Part shown: positions 48,623 to 57,067 of the stretch, piece after piece
How the letters are laid out: each line of letters opens with the position of its first letter
Position numbering within the stretch: the first letter of the stretch is position 1
Program-made: the position numbers and the translations under genes
From: Alphaproteobacteria bacterium
Lineage (GTDB): Bacteria; Pseudomonadota; Alphaproteobacteria; CALKHQ01
DNA: 64,000 bases
Assembly: GCA_965227515.1 (NCBI GenBank)
Contig: CBDDFZ010000001.1
Location: 3,872,001-3,936,000 of the forward strand
Direction of reading: 5' to 3'
Notes under the pieces: model-generated
The model's input: the letters and a program-made list of their open reading frames with translations, nothing else
Databases searched by the model: none
Told to the model about the DNA's origin: nothing

Positions 48623-49795
48623 CTACTCCACCCCGGCGGCCCATTGCACCAGCATGGCGCGTTCTTCCGGCGTCAGCTCGGTCAGATTGCCCGGCGGCAT
48701 GACGTTGGAGATGACCTGGGCGTGGATGCGTTCGGCGTTGGCGACAATGTCCTCGGGCGTGTCGAACACGACCCCGGCCGGCGGGGCGGCGAACGCGGGG
48801 TTGGCCGGCTGCGCGGCATGACACTCGGCGCAGCGCAGCGACACGATGGAGCGCACGTCCTCCATGGTTACCTCGCCGACCTCGATATCGCTGCCGCGCG
48901 GAATGGCGGAGATCAGGAAGATGATCACCACGCCCGCGGCCGCCGCCACCCACGTCCACATCAGCGACTTGCCGGTGCCGTGCTTGACGTTGAAATAGTG
49001 GCGGATCAGCCCGCCGACGACCCCGATGCCGATCAGGATCAGCCAGTTCAGGTGATGGCCGTAGATCACCGAGTAATGGTTTGACACCATTATGAAAACG
49101 ACCGGCAGCGTGAGGTAGTTGTTGTGCAGCGAGCGCTGCTTGGCGACCTTGCCCAGGTTCGGGTCCGGGTTCTCGCCCGCCACCAGCGCCTTCACCACCT
49201 TGCGCTGGTTCGGGATGATGATCATGAACACGTTGGCGGCCATGATGGTGCCGATCAGCGCGCCGACGTGGATGAACGCGCCCCGCCCGCCGAACACCTG
49301 GGTGTAGCCGAAGGCCACCAGCGCCAGCAGCACGAAGCCGATGGCGGACAGCGCGTCGAGCTGGTCCGGCATGCCGCGGCATATCAGGTCGTAGATGATC
49401 CAGCCGAACACCAGCGAGCCGACGCCGATGACGATGGCCGTCATCTGGCTGAGGTCGGCAACCGACGGGTCGATCAGATAGACGTCGGCGCTCATGTAGT
49501 AGAGCAGCACCAGGAGGGCGAAGCCCGACAGCCAGGTGGTGTAAGCCTCCCACTTGAACCAGTGCAGCACCTTCGGCATCCGCTCCGGCGCCACCATGTA
49601 CTTCTCGACCAGGTAGAAGCCGCCGCCGTGCACCAGCCAGCTCTCGCCCATGATGCCGTCCTTGGTCCACGCCTCCTTGCGCAGGCTGGCATCCAGGAAC
49701 ACGAAGAAGAATGACGAGCCGATCCAGGCGATGCCAGCGATGACGTGCAGCCAGCGCACCAGCGCCTGCACCCAGTCGAAGATCAGGGATTCCAA
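48623..49795 (-). CDS. puuD: Membrane urate hydroxylase with C-terminal cytochrome c domain
   Basis: RWLHVIAGIAWIG, HGGGFY, WFKWE, RSLHNNY, CAECH and MPPGN; TTG start. Confidence 0.92.
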   Translation of the reverse strand: MESLIFDWVQALVRWLHVIAGIAWIGSSFFFVFLDASLRKEAWTKDGIMGESWLVHGGGFYLVEKYMVAPERMPKVLHWFKWEAYTTWLSGFALLVLLYYMSADVYLIDPSVADLSQMTAIVIGVGSLVFGWIIYDLICRGMPDQLDALSAIGFVLLALVAFGYTQVFGGRGAFIHVGALIGTIMAANVFMIIIPNQRKVVKALVAGENPDPNLGKVAKQRSLHNNYLTLPVVFIMVSNHYSVIYGHHLNWLILIGIGVVGGLIRHYFNVKHGTGKSLMWTWVAAAAGVVIIFLISAIPRGSDIEVGEVTMEDVRSIVSLRCAECHAAQPANPAFAAPPAGVVFDTPEDIVANAERIHAQVISNVMPPGNLTELTPEERAMLVQWAAGVE

Positions 49796-49823
49796 GGGGT
49801 GCCCCTGGCAAACCGTTGGCGGG

Positions 49824-51008
49824 TCACGCCGAGGCGGACAGGGCGGCGGCGCCCTTTGGATCGAGGCCGCGCCGCTGCGTCGTCCAGGCCTCGACCAGCA
49901 GAGCGCCGGCCCGGTCGATTTCAGCTTCGGTGGTGTAGCGCCCCAGGCTGAGGCGCAGCGCCCCGGCAATTTCGTCGTCGCCGCGGCCCATGGCGGTCAG
50001 CACGTGGGAGGCGCCACGGTGCTCGGTCGCGCAGGCCGACACGGTGGAGGCGGCGATCTCGTCGATGCCGAGCAACAGGTCGACCGCATCGGTTTCCGGC
50101 AGGCTGACGTTCAGGCAGCCGGCGACGCAACTGTCCGGCGGCGTGTTACGCGCGGCCCCCGGAATGCCGGCCTGGAGGTGGCCCCACAGGCGCTCGCGCA
50201 AGGCGGTCATGCGGGCCGCGTCGTCGTCGCGGCGTTCCAGCGCCACCGCGCAGGCCGTCCCCAGCCCCACCGTCAGCCCCACAGGCACGGTCCCAGAGCG
50301 GCGGCCGGCTTGCTGCCCCCCGCCGTGGATGGTCGGGTGCAGCGTGGTGCCGTTGCGAACGTAGAGCGCGCCGATGCCCTGCGGCCCGTAGATCTTGTGG
50401 CCGGAGATGCTCAATAGGTCGATGGGTGCCGCCGATACGTCGATGCGGCGGGTACCCACCGCCTGGGTCGCATCGGTGTGGAACAGCACCCCGCGCGCCC
50501 GGCAAATCTCCGCGATCTCCTCGATCGGCTGGACGATGCCGGTCTCGTTATTGACCGCCATCACCGTCACCAGGGCGGTGTCATCGGCGATGGCATCCGC
50601 CACCGCCGCCGGGTCGACCCTGCCGTCGCGGTCGACCGGCAGCACCGTGGTGCGTGCACCCATTTCGGCCAGCCATTCGACGCAGCTCAGCACCGCCGGG
50701 TGTTCGGTGGCGACCGTGATGACGTGGTCGCCTGCCCGGACCGTGCCGCAGATCGCCAGATTGTTGGCCTCGGTGGCGCCGGCGGTGAACACGATCTCGT
50801 CGGGCAGCCCGCCAATCAACGCCGCCACCTGGCCCTGGGCACGCGCGACCTCCTGCGCCGCGTCCCAGCCCAGATTGTGCATCTGGGCATGCGGGTTGCC
50901 GAAGCGGGTCGCGCCGACGCCCAGCCAAGGCGCCATCGCCTGCGCCACCGCCGGGTCCAGCGGGCACGAAGCCATGTGGTCGAGGTAGATGATGGCGTGG
51001 TCTGTCAT
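49824..51008 (-). CDS. Cysteine desulfurase (NifS/IscS group I)
   Basis: GNP, TAGATEANN, NNETG, SGHKIYGPQG, RSGT and STVSAC. Confidence 0.9.
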   Translation of the reverse strand: MTDHAIIYLDHMASCPLDPAVAQAMAPWLGVGATRFGNPHAQMHNLGWDAAQEVARAQGQVAALIGGLPDEIVFTAGATEANNLAICGTVRAGDHVITVATEHPAVLSCVEWLAEMGARTTVLPVDRDGRVDPAAVADAIADDTALVTVMAVNNETGIVQPIEEIAEICRARGVLFHTDATQAVGTRRIDVSAAPIDLLSISGHKIYGPQGIGALYVRNGTTLHPTIHGGGQQAGRRSGTVPVGLTVGLGTACAVALERRDDDAARMTALRERLWGHLQAGIPGAARNTPPDSCVAGCLNVSLPETDAVDLLLGIDEIAASTVSACATEHRGASHVLTAMGRGDDEIAGALRLSLGRYTTEAEIDRAGALLVEAWTTQRRGLDPKGAAALSASA

Positions 51009-51022
51009 GCTCGAAACCTAAC

Positions 51023-51053
51023 CGTCATGCCCGCAACAAGTGCGGGCATGACG
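51023..51053. repeat. Collapsed single-hairpin CGTC REP (H)
   Basis: CGTC-ATGCCCGCA-ACAAG-TGCGGGCAT-GACG. Confidence 0.85.
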
Positions 51054-51064
51054 CAACCGAATCG

Positions 51065-52144
51065 TCAACCCGGCAGCTGGTCGTCGATGCCCTCGACATA
51101 CCAGTCCATGCCGAGCAGCTCCTCGTCGGACATGACCTCGCCCTCCGGGACCACCAGCTCGCCGTCCTGGTTGTTGATCGGCCCGGCGAACGGGTGCAGC
51201 TCGCCGGCGATGATGGCGTTCTTCACCGCCTCGGCGGCGTCGATCACCTCCTGCGGCAGACCTTCCATATAAGGCGAGATCTCGACCATGCCGGTGTCCA
51301 GCCCGCCCCAGGTGTCCATCGACTCCCAGGTGCCATCGATCACCGCCTGTACGCGGCTGACGTAGTAGCTGTCCCAGTTGTCGACGATGGAGGTGAGCTG
51401 CGCCTCGGGCGCGAACGCCGACATGTCGGAGGCTTGGCCGAACGCGTAGACGCCGCGCTCCTGCGCCACCTGCAGGGCGGCCGGGGAGTCGGTGTGCTGC
51501 ACGATGATGTCGGCACCCTGGTCGATCAGCGCACCGGCGGCATCCGCCTCCTTGCCCGGGTCGTACCAGGTGTTGGCCCAGATCACCCGCACCTCGATGT
51601 CGGGATTGACCTTGGCGGCGGCGAGGTAGAATGCGTTGATGCCGCGCACCACTTCCGGGATCGGGAACGAGGCGATGTAGCCGACGATGTTGGACTCGGT
51701 CATGTGCCCGGCGATGGTGCCGATGACCGCGCGGCCCTCGTAGAAGCGCGCCATGTAGGTCGACAGGTTGTCGGCGCGCTTGTAGCCGGTGGCGTGCTCG
51801 AACACCACGTCCGGGAACTGCTCGGCGATATTCGCCGTCGGGTTCATGTAGCCGAACGAGGTGGTGAAGATGATATCATGGCCGGTGGTGGCGAGCTGGC
51901 GGATAACCCGCTGGGCATCCTGGCCTTCGCTGACGCTCTCGACGAAAGTGGTCTCCACCGCGTCGCCAAACGCCGCTTCCACCGCCTGGCGGCCGATGTC
52001 ATGCCGGTAGGTCCAGCCATGGTCGCTGACCGGGCCGACATAAACGAAACCGGCTTTCACCGTGTCTTGCGCCGATGCGGTCCCCATCGCCGCCGCCAAT
52101 GCCATACCGGCAGCCAACACTCCCCAACGAGCCTTCATGCTCAC
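51065..52144 (-). CDS. BMP family ABC substrate-binding protein (purine/nucleoside)
   Basis: YVGPVSDHGW, TSFGY, FEHATG, WYDP and QHTDS. Confidence 0.92.
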   Translation of the reverse strand: MSMKARWGVLAAGMALAAAMGTASAQDTVKAGFVYVGPVSDHGWTYRHDIGRQAVEAAFGDAVETTFVESVSEGQDAQRVIRQLATTGHDIIFTTSFGYMNPTANIAEQFPDVVFEHATGYKRADNLSTYMARFYEGRAVIGTIAGHMTESNIVGYIASFPIPEVVRGINAFYLAAAKVNPDIEVRVIWANTWYDPGKEADAAGALIDQGADIIVQHTDSPAALQVAQERGVYAFGQASDMSAFAPEAQLTSIVDNWDSYYVSRVQAVIDGTWESMDTWGGLDTGMVEISPYMEGLPQEVIDAAEAVKNAIIAGELHPFAGPINNQDGELVVPEGEVMSDEELLGMDWYVEGIDDQLPG

Positions 52145-52254
52145 ACTCCCTGCTTCAGTTCGAATTAGGTCGATACGTATGCGCGAACCTTACACCCACC
52201 GATGCAAGTTTTACACCGGTCCGTCTGGTGCGCCCTCAGCCTGAGCCAACTCAT

Positions 52255-53175
52255 CTAGACAGTAGGATGGAACGGCTGGCCCAGGCAGGCCGGGGCGTTC
52301 AACCGCACCTTCAGCGCGTCGCGCGAGATGACGACCAGCACGATGATGGTCGCCAGATAGGGCAGCATCGAGAAGATCTGCGACGGCATATCCCAGTCGA
52401 GCAGGCTTTGCCCGTGCAGCTCCAGCATGCGCATGATGCCGAACAAGTAGGCACCCAGCAGCACGCGCCACGGGCGCCAGGTCGCGAACACCACCAGCGC
52501 CAGCGCGATCCAGCCGCGGCCCGCCGAAAGCTCTTCCTTCCAGCCGTACTCGATGGCGAGCGTGGCGCCCGCCAGCCCCGCCATCGCGCCGCCGAACAGC
52601 ACCGCGCCATACCTGATGCCGATGACCGGGTAGCCGATGGCGTGCGCGGCGTCGTGGCTCTCGCCCACCGCGCGCAACGCGAGGCCGGCCTTGGTGCGGG
52701 TGAGGAACCACCACACCGCCGGCACCATGGCGATGCCGAGGTAGATCAGGAAATGGTGCGAGAACAGGATCGGCCCGATGACCGGAATGTCCGACAGGCC
52801 CGAAATGTCGAGCTGCAGCTTGTCGACCTTGGGATCGCCGACATAGGCGGTGCCGGCAAGCGCGCTGACCCCGATGCCGAAGATGGTCAGCGCCAAGCCG
52901 GTGGCGACCTGATTGGCCAGCAGGGTCAGCGTCATGATGCCGAAGACCAGCGCCATCGCCATGCCGGCCACCAGCCCGAACACGATGCCGAGATAGACGC
53001 TGCCGGTCTCCTGCACGCCGACGAAGGCGACCACCGCGCCCACCAGCATCATGCCCTCGACACCCAGGTTCAGCACCCCGGCGCGCTCGACGACCAGCTC
53101 GCCAATGGCGGCCAGCACCAGCGGCGTGGAGGCGACGATGACCGCGACGATGATCGAGACCGCGATTTCCATCAT
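52255..53175 (-). CDS. Nucleoside-type ABC permease
   Basis: ERAGVLNLGVEGMM, GRGWIALA and LPY. Confidence 0.9.
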   Translation of the reverse strand: MMEIAVSIIVAVIVASTPLVLAAIGELVVERAGVLNLGVEGMMLVGAVVAFVGVQETGSVYLGIVFGLVAGMAMALVFGIMTLTLLANQVATGLALTIFGIGVSALAGTAYVGDPKVDKLQLDISGLSDIPVIGPILFSHHFLIYLGIAMVPAVWWFLTRTKAGLALRAVGESHDAAHAIGYPVIGIRYGAVLFGGAMAGLAGATLAIEYGWKEELSAGRGWIALALVVFATWRPWRVLLGAYLFGIMRMLELHGQSLLDWDMPSQIFSMLPYLATIIVLVVISRDALKVRLNAPACLGQPFHPTV

Positions 53176-54305
53176 CCGTCACCCGCGATGGCTGCGGTGG
53201 GCGCCGCCGAGGGATTGTCGGGTGGTGCTGCCACGTGGTGCTTCGTGTGCCGCGCCCAGGTGACGCGGTAGCGGATCAGCACGTCGGTGCCGAGCAGGAA
53301 GAACAGCAGCAGGCCCTGGAACACGCCGGTTACCGCCAGCGGCACGCCGACAGCAAGCTGCGCGAACTCACCGCCGATATAGGACAGCGCCACCAGCAGG
53401 CCGCCGAGCACGATGCCGACCGGATGCAGCCGGCCGAGGAACGCGACGATGATGGCGGTGAAGCCGTAGTTGGTCGAGATGCTGTCGGTGAGCTGGCCGA
53501 TGGGGCCCGACACCTCGATGCAGCCGGCCACGCCCGCCAGCCCGCCGCCGATCAGCAACGAGGCCCAGATCATCTTCTTCTGGCTGAAGTCGGCGAAACG
53601 CGCGGCGGCGGGGGCGGCACCGATCACCCGGACCTGGAAGCCGAACAGCGAGCGGCTGAGCGCCAGCCAGCCGAGCCCGGCCACCACCAGGGCGATGATC
53701 GCACCGATGTGCAGCCGCGTGCCCTCCAGGATGATCGGCAGGCGCGCGTCGCCGTGGAACTGGCGCGACTGCGGGAAACCGAAGCCGTCCGGGTCCTTCA
53801 GCGGCCCGTGCACCATGATGGCGAGGAACTGCACCGCCACATAGGTCAGCATCAGGCTGGACAGGATCTCGTTGACGTTGAACTGGGTCTTCAGGAGCGC
53901 CGGGATCGCCGCGTAGACCATGCCGCCGAGCGCACCGGCGATGAACATCGCCGGCAGGATGAGGCCGCTCTCCACGTCATAGAACGCCAGGGCCACGGCG
54001 CCGGCCGCCACACCGCCGAAGATGAGTTGGCCCTCGGCGCCGATGTTCCAAACGTTGGCGCGGAAACCGATGGCAAGCCCGATGCCGATCAGGATCAACG
54101 GCGTCGCCTTAACCCCAATTTCCGCAATGTTATAAGTGCTTTGGAACGGGGTGATGAAGAAGTGATAGAGCGCCTCACCCGCGTCGTAGCCGAGCGCCCA
54201 GAACAGGATGGCGCCGACCGCGACCGTCAGCACGACCGCGATCACCGGCGTGATGTAAGACATGACGCGCGACGGCGCGGGCCGCTTCTCCAGCCTAATC
54301 AGCAT
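53172..54305 (-). CDS. Nucleoside-type ABC permease
   Basis: WNIGAEGQ, NEILSSLML and YGFTAIIVAFLG. Confidence 0.9.
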   Translation of the reverse strand: MLIRLEKRPAPSRVMSYITPVIAVVLTVAVGAILFWALGYDAGEALYHFFITPFQSTYNIAEIGVKATPLILIGIGLAIGFRANVWNIGAEGQLIFGGVAAGAVALAFYDVESGLILPAMFIAGALGGMVYAAIPALLKTQFNVNEILSSLMLTYVAVQFLAIMVHGPLKDPDGFGFPQSRQFHGDARLPIILEGTRLHIGAIIALVVAGLGWLALSRSLFGFQVRVIGAAPAAARFADFSQKKMIWASLLIGGGLAGVAGCIEVSGPIGQLTDSISTNYGFTAIIVAFLGRLHPVGIVLGGLLVALSYIGGEFAQLAVGVPLAVTGVFQGLLLFFLLGTDVLIRYRVTWARHTKHHVAAPPDNPSAAPTAAIAGDG

Positions 54306-55881
54306 GGGCCGTCTCCCCCGAAACGCTGGCCGTGGCCGCCACGCCGCCGCTCTCGTCGCCACCGTCGTCGCCATGGACGCCGCCCATCAGCAGGCCCAGT
54401 TCCTCGACCGTAACGTCGCCCACCGGTCGTGGCTCGGATAGGCGACCGAGATTGAGCACCGCGATCCGGTGGCTGATCTCCATCAGTTCGTCGAGGTCCT
54501 GGGAGATGACGACGATGGCTGCCCCGGCGGCCGCGAGGTCGCGCAGGGCCTGCCGGATCGCGGCCGCCGCGCCGGCATCGACACCCCATGTCGGCTGCGA
54601 GGCGATCAGCACCGTCGGCTTCTGCTCGACCTCCCGGCCGACCACGAACTTCTGCAGGTTGCCGCCCGACAGGCTGCTTGCCGCCGCATGGGTGCCGGGC
54701 GTGCGAACATCAAAACTTTCAACAACTTGTCCGGCGAACTTGCGCGTATCCTGGAACTTGATGAAGCCGCCTGAGAGCAGGTGCTGGCTCTGGTAGGCGC
54801 TGAGCAGCGCGTTCTCCACCAGCGACATCGCTGGCACCGCCGCGTGGCCCAATCTCTCCTCCGGCACGAACGCCATGCCGTTGGTGCGGCGGCGGCGCGG
54901 GCCATAGGTGCCCAGCGGCGCGCCGTCGACCTCGACCGAGCCGGGATCGTGCGTCGGCGTCTCGCCACTCAAGGCGGCCAGCAGCTCGACCTGGCCGTTA
55001 CCGGCAACGCCGGCGATGCCCATGATCTCGCCGCTCTGCACCGCGAACGAGATGTCCTTCAGGTTGACGCCGAAGCGCTCGCGCGACACCAGGTTCAGAT
55101 TGTTGACCTTCAGCAGCGCCCCACCGGCAGCAGGCGGCGCGGTCTGCACCGGTGCGGCCAGTTCCTCGCCGATCATCATCTGCGCCATCGAGCGCGGCGA
55201 TTCCTGGCGCGGGTCGCAGCGCGCCACCACCCGGCCCTGGCGCAAGATGGTGGCGGTCTCGCACAGCTCCACGATCTCCTGCAGCTTGTGACTGATGTAG
55301 AGGATGGAGCACCCCTCCGCCGCGAGCTGGCGCAGGGTGGTGAACAGCCGGTCCACTTCCTGCGGCGTCAGCACCGAGGTCGGCTCGTCCATGATCAGCA
55401 GCTTCGGCGACTGCAACAGGCAACGCACGATCTCGATGCGCTGGCGCTCGCCGACGGACAAGGTGTGGACGTGGCGGCGCGGGTCGAGCGGCAGGCCATA
55501 GGCGTGGCTGACCCGCTCGATCTCGGCCATCAACGCACGGCCGTCGCGCGCGCCGGGCACGCCGAGCGCGATGTTCTCGCTGACCGTCAGCCCCTCGAAC
55601 AGAGAGAAGTGCTGGAACACCATGCCGATGCCGAGCCGGCGCGCGGCGTTCGGGTTCGGGATCTCGACCGGCTTGCCCTGCCAGAACTTGTCGCCCTCAT
55701 CGGGCTGAACCACGCCGTAGATGATCTTGACCAGGGTCGACTTGCCGGCGCCGTTCTCACCCAGCAGCGCGTGGGTCTCGCCCGGCTTGACGGTCAGGTC
55801 GATGCGGTCGTTGGCCAGAGTGCCCGGGTACTGCTTGGTAATGCCGCGCAGTTCGAGTTGGGCGTGCGTGTCAGAGGTCAA
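54295..55881 (-). CDS. Nucleoside-type ABC ATP-binding protein
   Basis: GENGAGKS, LSVGERQR, GVAGNGQ and LSGGNLQK. Confidence 0.92.
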   Translation of the reverse strand: MTSDTHAQLELRGITKQYPGTLANDRIDLTVKPGETHALLGENGAGKSTLVKIIYGVVQPDEGDKFWQGKPVEIPNPNAARRLGIGMVFQHFSLFEGLTVSENIALGVPGARDGRALMAEIERVSHAYGLPLDPRRHVHTLSVGERQRIEIVRCLLQSPKLLIMDEPTSVLTPQEVDRLFTTLRQLAAEGCSILYISHKLQEIVELCETATILRQGRVVARCDPRQESPRSMAQMMIGEELAAPVQTAPPAAGGALLKVNNLNLVSRERFGVNLKDISFAVQSGEIMGIAGVAGNGQVELLAALSGETPTHDPGSVEVDGAPLGTYGPRRRRTNGMAFVPEERLGHAAVPAMSLVENALLSAYQSQHLLSGGFIKFQDTRKFAGQVVESFDVRTPGTHAAASSLSGGNLQKFVVGREVEQKPTVLIASQPTWGVDAGAAAAIRQALRDLAAAGAAIVVISQDLDELMEISHRIAVLNLGRLSEPRPVGDVTVEELGLLMGGVHGDDGGDESGGVAATASVSGETAHAD

Positions 55882-55912
55882 GGCAGGCTATTTCCTCAAT
55901 GAAAACAACAAC

Positions 55913-56003
55913 CGTCATCCTCGGGCTTGTCCCGAGGATCCACGAGGTGGCCGCTCATGCGGCCAAGGAGACGTGGATGCCCGCAACAAGTGCGGGCATG
56001 ACG
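55913..56003. repeat. CGTC-tagged REP doublet I (inverted near-copy of D)
   Basis: Reverse complement has the same two arms and TGGCCGC/GCGGCCA spacer stem as 33629-33719. Confidence 0.9.
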
Positions 56004-56029
56004 ACAAGCGATTCTTGGCACCGTATCCA

Positions 56030-57067
56030 TCACGCGGCCGCCTGGGCGGCGTGGTAGGACCGCGCGCGCATGTCGGCGATGCGCAGCAGCAGGTCGGCGG
56101 CGACCGAGGCAGCGATGACGGCGGGCGCCTTGCCGCCGGTCATCTTGGAATCGAGGCCCGGCAGGCCGATGGGGCAATGGATGCGGTCGATGGCCTCTTG
56201 GGCGAAGCCGCGCGCGGCGAGACGCTTGAAGAAGCTGGCGCGCTTGCTCGCCGAACCGATCAGGCCGAGATAGACAAAATCGTTCCGCATCAGCCAGTTG
56301 GTGCAGATTGCTTCGTCCAGCGCATGAGAGTGCGTCATCACCAGGGCCGCCATGCCCGGCGGCAGGCCCTCGACCGCCGCAGCCGGGTCGGCGCGGAGTT
56401 CAGTCCTCACGCCGCCACCCTCCGGCGGCACCAGCCACTCGGCCCGGCTGTCGATCCAGGTGATGCGGAATGGCAGCGGCGTCAGCGCGCGCACCAGCGC
56501 GGTGCCGACATGGCCGGCGCCGAACAGCGCCAGCGGCTGCCGTGGCGGCCAATAAGGGCGAATCAGCGCCGCCCGGCCGTCAGCCAATCGCGCGATGCGC
56601 GGCACTCCGTCTTCCAGGCAACCGGCGGCCTCGGCGGCCCAGTCGCCGGCCTCGCCGGCCGCGACCACGCGCAACGGCCTTGGCGGGTCGATCTCGGACA
56701 GCACCACGGCGCGCTCGGCGGCCTTGTCGTCCATGTCTGGCAAGGCCATCTGGGCGGGCACGACCCGCTCGTAGAGCACTTCGGCCTGGCCGCCGCAGCA
56801 CTGGCCGAGCCGGGGGCCGAGCGCCATCGCCCGCACGTCGGCGGCATCGCCCGACACAAGCAGCCGCCGCGCCTCCTGGGTCGCCACGTATTCCAGCTTG
56901 CCGCCGCCGATGCTGCCGGAGAGCCCGTCGGGCGTGACCAGCATGGCCGCCCCCACCTCGCGCGGGGTCGAACCCTTGGTCGCGGCGACCGAGACCAGCA
57001 TGCCGGCCCCCGCCGCACCGGCTATCGCATCGAACGTTGGCCAGTCGATATCGACGGAAACGCTCAT
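56030..57067 (-). CDS. xdhC: Xanthine dehydrogenase accessory protein XdhC
   Basis: GSTPRE, LGQCCGG, GAGHVG, MTHSHALD, GLIGSASK and CPIG. Confidence 0.92.
   Translation of the reverse strand: MSVSVDIDWPTFDAIAGAAGAGMLVSVAATKGSTPREVGAAMLVTPDGLSGSIGGGKLEYVATQEARRLLVSGDAADVRAMALGPRLGQCCGGQAEVLYERVVPAQMALPDMDDKAAERAVVLSEIDPPRPLRVVAAGEAGDWAAEAAGCLEDGVPRIARLADGRAALIRPYWPPRQPLALFGAGHVGTALVRALTPLPFRITWIDSRAEWLVPPEGGGVRTELRADPAAAVEGLPPGMAALVMTHSHALDEAICTNWLMRNDFVYLGLIGSASKRASFFKRLAARGFAQEAIDRIHCPIGLPGLDSKMTGGKAPAVIAASVAADLLLRIADMRARSYHAAQAAA

Noticed and set aside
25803-56003. Repeats read as a CRISPR array
   Set aside because: They are dispersed inverted doublets, not tandem direct repeats with regular spacers, and no cas genes are present.
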